Below are positions 23,864 through 36,899 of a DNA stretch of 64,000 nucleotides, in pieces (positions within the stretch are counted from its first letter, which is position 1; every line of letters starts with the position of its first letter). The position numbers were made by a program, and so were the translations under genes. The stretch comes from Octopus sinensis (Eukaryota). The notes beneath the pieces are model-generated. The model was given only the letters and a program-made list of their open reading frames with translations. It ran no database searches and had not been told where the DNA came from. The stretch is from contig NW_021837044.1 of assembly GCF_006345805.1 (NCBI RefSeq), positions 3,357 to 67,356 of the forward strand, given 5' to 3'.

Positions 23864-23902
<39 letters not shown>

Positions 23903-23975
23903 ATATGACCGCGTGTGTACTGTTGGCCATTTCTTTTCCTCCGTCTTCCCTTCTCTGGATCTTTCCTTTTCCTAT

Positions 23976-24010
23976 GTTTCTGACGAAGAGCTCCGTTCGA
24001 AACGTAAAAC
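23976..24010 (+). ncRNA. Minimal hammerhead motif, canonical core, in TA-flanked repeat (23905-24115)
   Basis: gttt CTGACGA a GAGC tcc GTTC GAA ACGT A aaac. Confidence 0.7.
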
Positions 24011-24109
24011 CCTCCTTCTTCCCTTTCTTCCTGAGCGAGTAATAATACTATATTTGTTCCACGTCCTCGCGTTGTTGTGTTTTCTCTTTGTGTTTTCATG
24101 TTTGGATTA

Positions 24110-24146
<37 letters not shown>

Positions 24147-24156
24147 ATATATATAT

Positions 24157-24214
<58 letters not shown>

Positions 24215-24345
24215 TATATATACATATATATATTAATAGATATATATATATATTAATATATATATTAATATACATATATAATGCATATATATATATTAAT
24301 ATATATATATATATATATATATATAATACATATTAATATATCTAT

Positions 24346-24377
<32 letters not shown>

Positions 24378-24878
24378 ATGAGTGAGAGAGAGAGAGACTC
24401 CGACATACCTTATACGTCATACATTCACACACACAAATACACGTAGGTACATAATACGTAAATCCACATATTTACGCACCACGTGCTGAGAAAAATAGCT
24501 TAGTTCGTTGACACCCTCTCAACATAGAGATATAAATATATTAATGAAATCATATTACTGTTCTCAATTCTCTTCATAATTAGCGATTCTATATCATCTT
24601 TCGTCTGCTGAAAATTGATTTGATCTCATCAAAAATCTGATACCAATTCAATGTTCGAAGAATTATATAATAATTACAAAATAACAAGGACACCCACGGA
24701 TCTAAAATTATTCTCGCTCTGAATGTAACTGACTTCTGAATGAGGCTTCGTTCTGAATGTAGCTTTGCTCTCATTAATCTATGGAATTTGTTGCTACTAT
24801 TTTTTTTTCTCTGCTACCGCCTTCTTTTTTCTGACATTTTTGAACGGCTGTTAATAATTCCTAATACTGGTTTCAAAA

Positions 24879-25101
24879 TAAGGCGGTGAGCTGGCAGAAT
24901 CGTTAGCGCGCCTGGCAAAATGTTTAGAGGCATTTCGCCCGCTTTTACGTTTTGAGTTCAAATTCTGCCGAAGTTGACTTTGTCTTTGTCTTTCATTCTT
25001 TCGGGGATCGATAAATTAAGTACCAGTGAAATACTGGGATTGATGTGATCCACTAGTCCCCTTTCTCAAAATTTCAGTCCTTGTGCCTTTAGTAGAAAAG
25101 A

Positions 25102-25132
<31 letters not shown>

Positions 25133-25360
25133 CATCATTTAGGTGGCGAGCTCGCAGAATCGTTAGCATGCTGGGCTAAATGCTAAGCAGCTTTTCTTCC
25201 GTCTTTACGTTCTGAGTTCAAACTCTGCCGAGGTTAACTTTGCCTTTCATTCCTTTCAGAGTTGATAAAATAATTAGCAATTGAGTACTTGGGTCGATGT
25301 AATCGATTTACCCAATCTCCCGAGATTGCTGGCCCGGTGCCAAAATTTGAAATCATTATT
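24879..25360 (+). mobile_element. Two consecutive family C SINEs separated by (ATT)n
   Basis: Heads aaggcggtgagctggcagaatcg (24879) and aggtggcgagctcgcagaatcg (~25140). Confidence 0.85.
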
Positions 25361-25636
25361 AAGAATTATTGAGTGAATTTACCAAATTCACTCACTGAGA
25401 CTCAAAGCTGGTCGTCCTATATATATATATAAATTAGAAAAAAAACACCGTTTATCAATTCAAAATGAACAATTAAATTACACCATCTAGAAAATTACAT
25501 ATAATAGAAATATTAAAAATTAAAATAATAAAATACCGATGATTAAGTAAATTGCAAAAAAATAACAATAACGTAATCCATATAAATCAAATGGGGTGAT
25601 TATAATCAAAATAAGCAACAAGGGTATATAAGGTAG

Positions 25637-25724
25637 TGTAGTACAATTGTTTCATGCTACTTCATTTTATTAAACGCTGTAAGTATTACATCAGTTTTAA
25701 AATGTCGAGCAATCTTCAGCCACA
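25637..25724 (-). ncRNA. Type I hammerhead motif in Penelope-like repeat (~25420-25900)
   Basis: tgtgg CTGAAGA t TGCT..AGCA t GAA ACAATTGT A ctaca. Confidence 0.6.
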
Positions 25725-25964
25725 TATAGAATTTTAAAATCTACAGACGGAGAAGAACATACTACCACCATGTTTTTAATGATGAAATTAACCTCTTTGT
25801 CTATATATCTACCCTCTTTGTAATGTTGGCAAATGAAATAAGTATAAGAATGTGCATTGAAAAATTCTATATGTGGCTGAAGATTGCTCGACATTCAGTT
25901 TATCAAACAACTCAAACCCCGTTGACGAATGTGGCAGATCCATCCCCACCTCCACATACATATA

Positions 25965-26193
25965 CAGGGTTGTAAAAGTCACCCGACAGTAAATTAAAAT
26001 TCCATAAATAATTAATATTCAATTTTATCTATTCATTCCAATTATGGAATGTTTAATAATTGAATGAAGTGAGTTAATATCAGTTTTCTCAACATTTGAC
26101 TATTTATTAGCGAACTCTCAAATAAAATAATTTTTTGTTTTAATCTTGGAATTAAATGGTTTCGATTTACTGTCAGGTGGCCTTTGGGCATAT
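25965..26193. mobile_element. Tc1/mariner-type MITE
   Basis: TA-cagggttgtaaaagtcacccgacagtaaa ... tttactgtcaggtggcctttg; the right TIR is degraded. Confidence 0.55.
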
Positions 26194-26399
26194 GTCATGG
26201 ACCCATATATAATGGACCCAAATGCCGCTAAGCAAAATGTCTAGCGGCATTTCGTTCGTCTATATTCTCAGTCTAAATTCCGTCAGGGTTGATAAATTAA
26301 GTACCTGTGAAACACTGGGGTCAATGTAATTGACTAGTCACCTACCCCAAAATTTCATGCCTTGTACCTATAGTAGAAAGGGTTATTATTATTATTATT

Positions 26400-27057
26400 A
26401 TGTTTGACTTTTACTTTACATTTGTACAAGTTGGATCCAAGTCTCACCCAAAAACCTCAAGAGACAGCAAGTTGGATGTTCGTGTTGTTGTTATGCCTAG
26501 GGTACCATATATTTGGTTTTGTATTTAGTGTTGTACTAGTGAATGTCTAAAAACAACATACGAAAATTATGTTTGTTTTAAAACTTGAGATTACATAGAA
26601 AGTATTTTGCGTAGGATATGAGCAGTTCCCATGTGCACTATCCTTTGAATTTCTGCCATTTTTGGGTTTCCTGGTATCTGAGTTAGGTAGCAATCAGCCC
26701 CTTTTGCTATCATTCCCAGGGCACCTATGACAACAGGCATTGTTTTAGTCTTCAGGTTCCACATTTTACTGATTCCTATTTCAAGATCTTTATATTTGCT
26801 CAGTTTTTGGTAGGTCTTGACAGATACGTTTATATCGATTGAGACAGTCATATCAATGAGGAGGCATGTTCTTTGTCTGAAGTCTTTCAATATGATGTCT
26901 GGCCTATTTGCATCTATCTTTCTGCCAGTTTGAATGGTGAAGTTCCAGAGGAGTGAGATGCGGTCATTTTCAAGCACTGGAGGTGGTTTGTGTTCCCACC
27001 AGTTTTTTTCATGGGGCAAATCCAGGTTTTTGCAAATTGCCCATTGAATATACCCAG
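26400..27057 (-). mobile_element. R4/Dong-type LINE 3' fragment (second subfamily)
   Basis: LLWNFTIQT.RKIDANRPDII..CLLIDMTV..KLSKYKDLE..GTAHILRKILSM; (ATT)n on both sides. Confidence 0.9.
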
Positions 27058-27522
<465 letters not shown>

Positions 27523-27689
27523 AGTAGTGAGCTGGACAATGCCTAGCAGCATTTCGTCTGTCTTTCCTTTGTGGTCGACTTTGTTCTTCCTTTCAGGGTC
27601 AATAAATATATATATATCATGGACCCTCCCGTTATTAGACTAAGTATAAGGGTTCGGTTGTTCCTAGCTGAACAATCACAGAGATGATT

Positions 27690-27945
27690 CGTTTATAGTG
27701 ATCAAATGTTCGTGTTCACATAAGCTCACTCCTTCCATCAAATCGACATTACATGTACAGGTGCCACATGTACAGATGCCACATGTACAGGTGTCACATG
27801 TCAGATAACGAAATGATCGCAGAGTAATGTGAAATAAAGTGCTTTGCTCAAGAACACAACGCAACGCCTAGTTTGGGAATCGAACCCACTATCTCGCAAT
27901 CGTGAGTGCAACACTCTGACCACTAAACCATGCAACTCCACAACA
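27690..27945 (-). mobile_element. tRNA-derived SINE with a 15-bp internal minisatellite
   Basis: Head revcomp gtggagttgcatggtttagtggtcagagtgttgcactcacg..gggttcgattccc; cacatgtacaggtgc about 3 times; relatives at 31695 and 49400. Confidence 0.75.
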
Positions 27946-27968
27946 TATGCTCAGGAATAGAAAAAAGT

Positions 27969-28005
27969 CTTTTACGTTTCGAGGCCTACGCTCTTCTACA
28001 GAAAG
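27969..28005 (-). ncRNA. Minimal hammerhead-like motif, core CTGTAGA
   Basis: cttt CTGTAGA a GAG..CTC GAA ACGT A aaag. Confidence 0.5.
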
Positions 28006-28019
28006 GGACACAGAAAAAA

Positions 28020-28086
<67 letters not shown>

Positions 28087-28087
28087 A

Positions 28088-28177
<90 letters not shown>

Positions 28178-28562
28178 TAGATAGAGAGATACACACGCAC
28201 ATACATACATACTTCGTTGTTATTTTTATTACGTTAGACGGCCTTCCATAAACTTCTCTATAGGCCTAGGATTGGCCTGTAGGATATATATATATGTTTA
28301 TAAGCAATATGAATGCAACGAAGGGTATAGGAAGGGCATATGGTGTAGCTACGTTCATTTTCTGAATAATCCTCTGTATAAACCGAATGACTTCATTTGT
28401 CAGTCAGTGCACATAAACATGTTTTTAATGCATCCCACTTACGTATTTTACAACTATTTTCTGACACTATTTACTGTGTTACGCACGTACGCGCACGCTC
28501 ACACGCGCGCACACACACATAGGCATGTACTTATATATGCACGTACATATTTATACGTGTAC

Positions 28563-28607
<45 letters not shown>

Positions 28608-28842
28608 ATATATATAAAATCATCTTAGCATTTTCTATTTTTGACTTGTTTTTCATATATATATATATAATATATATATATATATATAGGGGTGTATGTA
28701 TATATATATGTACACACACACACATATGATTATATACATACACACATGTATGTATGTAAATATACATTTACGCATGTATATATGTATATGCAAATAAAGT
28801 AAATACATACACACATATATATATATGTATACATACATACAT

Positions 28843-28898
<56 letters not shown>

Positions 28899-28901
28899 GA
28901 C

Positions 28902-28972
<71 letters not shown>

Positions 28973-29350
28973 CAGGTGGATTATATACACGCACACATAC
29001 ACACGCAAGCACACACACAAACACATACAAACAGGCGCGCGCGCGCACACCCACCCACCCCCACACACACACATGAGGTTGCCCGCACATGTTTTGACTG
29101 TAATCTGAAGATTTCGTAACATCTGTTCTGTGTACCAGTTCTGTAATATTGCCAATACTATCGCAGTGCAAGTGGATTTCAACCTGTGCAATATCAATGT
29201 GTTTATTAAACCCACTCAGAGTCAACGATGAGGCAATTCCCTCCTCTAGGTAACCGTTCAATTTGCTAGAAATAGCAGTTAAATCTACCCCTCGTTCAAA
29301 TCCCGCCTTAATCTAAGTCTATATCTATCTATCTTTCTAAAAAAAAAAAT

Positions 29351-29634
29351 GATCAAAAGGGATCGTGTCTCACAGAAGAGCTTTTAAAAATGTAAAAAGT
29401 AAGATTAGGTTGTTGTTTTTTTTTCCACGGATAAACCTAATCTTACTTCATACATTTTAAAATCTCTTCTGTGATACACGATCCCTTTTGATCGTTTTTT
29501 CTTTCCGGATCCCTTTTGATCGGAATTTTACCTATTTCCTTATTTTTCCTTTTTTTTTTCCATTTTCGAAAAGAAAAGCTCTCCATTTGTATTTGTCCCC
29601 TCTGTGTTCAGCCCCGTGTGGCCAATAAAGAAAG
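29351..29634 (+). mobile_element. L1/Tx1-type LINE 3' UTR fragment with a 5' inverted duplication
   Basis: 3' UTR homologous to 30960-31276 and 53190-53562; ends aataaagaaag then (TATC)n. Confidence 0.75.
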
Positions 29635-29674
29635 TTATCTATCTATCTATCCGTCTATCTCACCCTCTCTCTCT

Positions 29675-29717
<43 letters not shown>

Positions 29718-29733
29718 GATATATCTATATATA

Positions 29734-29775
<42 letters not shown>

Positions 29776-29871
29776 CGAGAGTGAGAGAAAGAGTGAGAGT
29801 GAAACATAAATACATACATACATGCATATATATACATATATACGTGTGTGTGTGTGTGTGTGTGTGTGTGA

Positions 29872-29914
<43 letters not shown>

Positions 29915-29918
<4 letters not shown>

Positions 29919-31276
29919 GCATCCTCTTTCGCTTCTTGTGGAAAGGATGCGTCCCGATGGTCAGGCGATCCATTTGCTGTCAACACCCGTTAAAAGGAGG
30001 GCTGGGCATGCCGTGGTTGATGATGCGCAGACACGCGCTGAGACTGCGACATCTCTGGCTCTATGTAGACGACGGTGAACAGGTGTGGTCGCCGTTTGTG
30101 AGGCACGCTTTCCCGCAGCTCGTCTCCATGACCGAACTGCAGTCGTGGATCAAAAAGAGGCCGAGGAAGGCGAATGGCACCGCGAGTGTCGCGTTGCTCT
30201 CAAGCAACTCTGCCGTCCTGGGTCGACCTTAAGTGACTTCAACACAACCAAAGCATTCTATAGGGGTTTAGTGGAGGGGAGGTACGACGACGAGCTCGGG
30301 GCGAACCTGGACGTCGACGAGGAGTACCTGACCCGCCTGTTCGGACGACTTTCGGGCCAGGGCCCCATGGACAACTTCCAGAGATCCCTGGCCTGGCAGT
30401 GCTACCGAGAAGCGCTACCCGTTCGGGATAAGCTCTACAAGAACGGCTCGAGAAACACGGGGCCGACCTGCCGAGATGCGGCAGAGCGACGAAACCGTTC
30501 TGCACGCACTCGTTCAGTGTCCAACAATTTCCGACCTGTGGGCTTATGTCGAACAACTGCTGTCACGTGTGGGACGAGTCGGTTTATCAGCTGAGTCTAT
30601 CGTCAATATTGTCACGCCTCCTTCCTTCAACGGGAAGGAAGAGCTATTTTCATCATCCTTGTGGCTATGGCGAAAGAATGTATCTGGTGGACGCGTCTGA
30701 AAGGATTGGAGACAAACACTTTCCTCTCTGGTCAATCTCTCATCAACTTCTTCAAGTACCACTTGAAAAGGAAAGTGAGAGTAGAGAGGCAAGTTTTGTC
30801 TAGCGAATGTTTTTAAAAAAGAGATGGTGTAGCATGAATGGCACGTATGAATGACGAAGCCACCTTGAGCATAGTCCTATGAACCCAGAAATCGAAAACA
30901 GAGAGAGTTGCTTATTTGCAAAAAAAAAAAAAAAAAAAAAAGAAATATAAAATGTGACTTCATTGACCGAGGTTACCGGGGTCTTTCCGCAGGCTTTCTT
31001 TCCACGGGTAAACCTCACCTGTCCTCCCCTTTACACTTCATATTGACATTTCTGTGATAACGATCCCTATTGATCATTTTTCCCCCCCCCCCCTTTTTTT
31101 TTTTTTTTTTTAACCCCCTTATTTTTGTCCTCTTTCTCTCCTTTACGATCCCTTTTGATCGAACCTCCCCCCTTCCTTTTTTTTTTTTTTTTTTTTTTTT
31201 TAATACCTTCAAAAGAAAAGCTCTACCTTGTAATTTGTTCTATCTGTGTGCAGCCCTGTGTGGCTAATAAAGAAAC
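29915..31276 (+). mobile_element. L1/Tx1-type LINE 3' fragment (post-RT region with CCHC zinc finger and 3' UTR)
   Basis: PLKGGLGMP..RHAL, AWQCYREALPVRDKL, C..C.QSDETVLHALVQC; (TATC)n at both junctions. Confidence 0.85.
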
Positions 31277-31291
31277 ATATCTATCTATCTA

Positions 31292-31337
<46 letters not shown>

Positions 31338-31369
31338 ATCTATATATAATATATATATACACACATAAA

Positions 31370-32025
31370 ATATGGCGGTTTAGTTCACAGGTGATCTAAA
31401 CGACTAGGTACGCTGGGTAAGTGCTGCAACGTATTACCAGGGCTCCAAAATCTTACAGCTGTTTCTGGGATAATCCAAAGTATGTGATATTCCATCATCG
31501 GAGACAAATAGGGAAAATGTGAAGGGTAGAGATTAATGAAACGATAACATAGAGGACAGGAGAAAAGGAATAAAAAAATAAAGAAAAACAACAAAGAAGA
31601 AGTATAAAAGTTCACAGTTCAGCTTTCCGATAGTGTAGATGTTAGTCCATAAGTCATTAGGTGTAATCCTGTGTAAGTCCATGTATATATATATTGTGGA
31701 GGTGCTTGGCTTAGTGGTCAGGGTGTTGCACTCACGATTGCGAGATCGTGGGTTCGATTCCCAAACCAGGCGTTGCGTTGTGTTCTTGAGCAAAGCACTT
31801 TATTATCCAGAGATAAATGCAAACGTATCGAAGTTTCGTAAGACAAAGATCTCAAGTCATATACGTTATTATTATTGGAAAAATTCAAAGTCTTACAGCT
31901 GTTTCTTGGATATCCCAAAATATGGGATATTCCATCATCGGAGACAAATAGGGAAAATGTGAAGGGTAGAGATTAATGAAACGATAACATAGAAGACAGG
32001 AGAAAGGGAATAAAGAAATGAAGAG
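31370..32025 (-). mobile_element. Two tandem Penelope-like repeat copies, each with an HHR variant (31450-31505, 31890-31945), split by a SINE head (31695-31810)
   Basis: Both are reverse complements of 18345-18650 with CCGATGA..GAA ACAGCTGT A. Confidence 0.7.
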
Positions 32026-32751
32026 ATGGTTATTAAGAGATAAATAGACCATTGTCTTTACTTTCTATGTGTATATTATTTGTTGCAGTCATTGGACAAC
32101 GGCCATGCTGTGATACCACATCGACCTTGAAAAGTTTTGCCGAACAAAATCTACTGCAGTATCTTTTTGTTTTAATCTGTGAACTTATTCCATCGATACT
32201 TTTTTGTCGAACCGCTATGCTATGGAGTCATAATCAAACCAATGCCGGTTGGAAAACGATGGTGAGGAACAAATATACAAACACATACACACACATACAT
32301 CCGTTCAATAAAACCCTTCAGAGTGTTACTCCAGCATAGTCGCAGTTCAGTGAGTGAATCAAGTAAAAGATCAAAGAAATGGCAGGATGATCACTACTGG
32401 AATGTCTTTGATTAAACGTGTATTATTGGATTACAGAAGCTTTGTTCTTATCTCTTGGCCAAACAAAAACAATTAAAAAATAGATTTTCTATCTGTACGT
32501 AGATACTGAATCTGCTAGAAATAGCAACCAAATCTTCCCATCTCTCTCGAACTGCAACTTGTTAAAAACAACGGAAATGATGAGCATATTGGATAATGGT
32601 GTCATATATGCATTATTTGTTGGGGTAGAGTGGTTAGAAAGATAAAAAGGTGGTCTCTCCCAGGGCCAATTGCAGGGTTGGGAACAAAAGTTAATGTCCT
32701 ACAAACATGAACGGCCTGATATCCTATAATAACACCAAGAAATGTTGAAGT

Positions 32752-32914
32752 TACCGTATTTTCTTGTGTATTTGTCGCACTAATTTATACGTGATTTTAG
32801 CTGCAGAAACTAGGATGTGACTTATACATGGGGCAACACTAAAACTATAACTGGAAAATAATTTAAGGATGCGACTTACATACGGATGCTGCTTATACAT
32901 GGGTAAACACAGTA
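32752..32914. mobile_element. Pogo/Tigger-type MITE
   Basis: TA-ccgtattttcttgtgtat ... cttatacatgggtaaacacag-TA. Confidence 0.55.
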
Positions 32915-33202
32915 TATATTAGGGTATGTTATGCCAAACTGATGTAATATCAACCGTATTTGACGGCTTATTAGGAGACTTTTTTTAACCACACCCCCAA
33001 AAAGTCCTTGACAAGTGGTAGTTCATGAAAGAAACTAATTCTTGAATAATTTCTTTAAAAAATACCTAGACAAATTCCCTCAAGAAATACCATACAAACC
33101 GCCAACCCTTGGATACATCAAGGAAAAAAAAACTCCCTGAGTGGGCGTGTGATGCCTTAAAGCAGGACTTAAAAGATTAGTCTTAAAAGGTGGCGCTATT
33201 AA

Positions 33203-35713
33203 CCTATTCGTGCTGAAATGTTTCTAGTGAATGAAATTACCTGAAAATGCACAGATATTATTATTTTGACCCAAATAACATCTGAAATAAATTTCATTGA
33301 AATCCGTTTGATATTTCCTGAAATAATCACTGTCAGTTATAACAGACATCACGCACTGTGCATATGAATCTTTAATAAGCTTGTTAACTTTGCAATTTAC
33401 TTATTTAGAGGATAATCAAAGTATTATATCTGACCATAGCTTTATTATGAAAATGATTCCTCTTCACATAAAGATATCAAGGAAAACAGAAAATTTATTT
33501 AGTAAAATATATCCTTTTGAAATGAAACTATTCAGCTTTGCTAAACATGATAATTCTTGGAACATTTAGGATGAACTGCTACATCATATTTTTCACATAT
33601 GAAATGACGTTTCCCAGAGCACTCCGTTCATTTGGAATATATTCAATCCAATGCTCAACACCATCATACCTTGCTTTGTCTTTCAAATTTGATGTGCGTT
33701 TTCTTTGAAATTTTGGAGTGCCATACTTTTTCAATAGAGTTAGAGACATGTTTTCGATGAAATTGCATAATGTAATTTTGTGCCCTGCTCTATTCATCAA
33801 GATGCATGCATTTTGGGTTGCCACAGATACAAAATATGACAAAATAGGACACCATTTATTTTGCCACATTCGAATCCTATAGGAACCGATCTTATGATCC
33901 AGAAGGTCAGCAAATCCCATATATTTGTTGTAATTTTGGATATTTTCAGGCTGTGCAACTGGAACATATTTCTTTTAAGGCCTGTCATAGCGCTCAACCG
34001 TGGACATTTTATAGGTTTCAAAGTTCGATAGCAGAACAACATCGTTATTATCTTTCCATTTCACAGCGACTATATTTGAAGTGGACTTGAAGTCAGCTGT
34101 TCCTCTGGGGCGTGCTTTCATTTCAGTTTTCGTTTTGAAAGGACATCTAGCTGTCTTATTTTCTCTGCAGGTTCTCGATGCACAGATTCCTTTCTCAAAA
34201 AGTTTCTCCATCACTTGAATACTTGTGAAATAATTATCAAAAAATATTTCGAAACCTTTATTGTCTGGTGCTTCTACAGCATCAATGAGATCAAGGACAA
34301 CGTTCCCTGCTTGGGCAAATGCATTTTCAGTTCTATTAGGACCGTCTTTCTTGCCAGTGTAGATTTCAAAAGCATGTATATTTCCATGTTGACAATAAAG
34401 GACCCAAATTTAGAAACCAAACCGAATTGGTTTCCCTTTTATAAATTGTTTGGCATAGTGCTTGCCATAATATGGAACCATACTTTCGCAAACAGAGATG
34501 TTCTCCCAAGCCACCATATTCCTTGAATTTTCTTTTTGTAAGTGGCCAGGTAGAGGTCTGAGTTTGAATGCACGATCGTCTCCTGAAGCATTGACATCAT
34601 CCACTAAATGGATATTTCTTAATATACTCTCAAATCTGTCTCACCTCATGCTATTTTGTAAACGTTTTGGAACATTGTCTTCAGATGACCACTGCCTTCT
34701 TTTATTAGGAAGTGGACAGTGAGCTGACAGAAGCAATCCACCTGAAGAATTCATACAGTTCTGATTTGTATACATTCAGAACTTTACCGTTTTGAACAGC
34801 ATATCGGTTTGTTTGTTCTACAATGTCATCCAGTAATTCATCTGTGGAGAACAAACTAAATTGGATAATACTGGATTCAAGCAAGATTTTGCTTCCTCAG
34901 ATATATCTACAGGCTCACATGAAGTTGAAACACGATTCGCCGCTTCGTTTTTCTTCCAATCTCTTGTTTTACTGAATTTAGTTTGTTTTAGATTTCCTGT
35001 AACTTCTTCAATTTCTTCAGGCACATCCTGTTGACAAGAAATTCGTGCGTCAGTTTCCACAAGCCCTCTTTTCAGTCGAACCGAGGAACCTACAGCCTCA
35101 TCACCTGAAGCACCACTATCGCCATCGAAGAGTTCTATATTGTGAAGGAGACCAATGTGAACATCGCCTCTGTTGCTCAGCTCTTCCAATAATGCTAGGG
35201 CTTCTGTTGTTTTAAGACTGAAAGAAAAAATTACAATGATATAGAGATGTGTGGACGCAAAATTTATTGTAAATAAAAACCAGACTATTTCAAATAAATC
35301 ATATTGGCTATTTATAATGCGAAACTATATCAACACCTAAAATATTAGGTGAGTTGTTTTATGTCTAAGTTTGCTGCGGATGTCCGTTATAAAAGACAGG
35401 GTGTTATATTTTATTTTGTTTACAACATAAATCTCAAATGGTAACAAATTACGCATCTCACCTATGATCATAAAAAACACATAAGAGACCACAATAATGC
35501 CTACATGATTAAATAATTATAAATGATTGGTTCACCATTTACCGCGCGTCCTGCTTGTACTCGCCACGTTGCTCAACTGTGGTTGTTACAAGTTATAGTG
35601 TAAGCATTTATTAACACGTTAAGAACATACACAAATCATAATTTGTATCAAGTATTTGTTCTATACCCTTATAAATTAAGTGTCAGTTTAACCGGACGAC
35701 CGGCATGAATGGG
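33203..35713 (-). mobile_element. piggyBac transposon, full length, transposase pseudogenised (PGBD2/3-like)
   Basis: TTAA TSDs at 33199-33202 and 35714-35717; TIRs CCTATTCGTGC / GCATGAATGGG; fragments ESMVPYYGKHYAKQFIKGKPIRFGF, KWKDNNDVVLLSN, MGFADLLDHKIGSYRI. Confidence 0.9.
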
Positions 35714-36229
35714 TTAATTTAGGTATGGCCTGGGCTAATAATGGTTTCAAATTTTGCTATAAAACCAGCAATTTTAACGAGAGAGAGAGTTGATCGTTAA
35801 CGCTGACTCCAGTACTTGATTGGTATTTATTTTAAGCATGAAAGGAAATGTTTATCCCTGTGGAATTTGAACTCGGAACTAATAAGTCAAAAGAAATAAC
35901 GCTAGATATTTAGTCTGACGCTCTAACCACTCTACAAGCTGACCGCCCTGGCTTGGGCTCATTAAAAGCCAAAACCTATCTAAGCTATGGGAACAATTCA
36001 TTTTTATTCGCTCAAAGACATTTTGTGTCTAGAAAAACAAGTTGGACAGAATCCTCATAGATGAAATGTTATTGATTCATTGATCTACTGGACTAAGACT
36101 GAGATAGGATTATACGGCAGACATGGACAACTATCAGCCTCAAGAGCTACGGAAATATTTTGTACATTATAGTAATTTTATTTCGCTGTTCCCTCAAAGA
36201 AATTAAAATCAACATAGGGAAATAATGGT

Positions 36230-36880
36230 AATACTTTCTACTATAGGCACAAGGCCTGAAATTTGGGGGGCGGGGACTAGTGAAGTACGTCGACCCCGAT
36301 GCGTAACTGGTACTTAATTCATCGAGGGCGACGAGCTGGCAGAAACGTTAGCAAAGCGGCGAAATGCTTAGCGGTATTTCGTCTGCCGCTACGTTCTGAG
36401 TTCAAATTCCGCCGAGGTCGACTTTGCCTTTCAGCCTTTCGGGGTCGATAAATAAAGTACCAGAGAAACACTGGGGTCGATATAATCGACTTAATCCGTT
36501 TGTCTGTCCTTGTTTGTCCCTTCTGTGTTTAGACCCTTGTGGGTAGTAAAGAAATAGATACTTAATTCATCGACTCTGAAAGGATAAAAGGCAAAGTCGA
36601 CCCCGGTGGCATTTGAACTCAGAACATGAAGGCAGACGAAATACCTATTTCTTTACAACCCACAAGGGGCTAAACACAGAGGAGACAAACAAGGAGAGAC
36701 AGACGGATTAAGTCGACCATATCGACCCCAGTGCACAACTGGTACTTAATTTATCGACCCCGAAAGGATGAAAGGCAAAGTCGACCTCGGCAGCATTTGA
36801 ACTCAGAATATGAAGGCTGACGAAATACCGCTAAGCATTTCGTCCGGCATGCTAACGATTCTGCCAGCACGCCGCCTTGA
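36230..36880 (-). mobile_element. Family C SINE (two bodies) interrupted by an antisense family C SINE
   Basis: Host copy on the minus strand; inserted copy at 36326-36558. Confidence 0.85.
36326..36558 (+). mobile_element. Family C SINE with Tx1-like tail and 15-bp TSD
   Basis: TSD TACTTAATTCATCGA at 36311-36325 and 36559-36573; ends gtgggtagtaaagaaataga. Confidence 0.85.
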
Positions 36881-36899
36881 ATAGAGAAATAATGATAAT

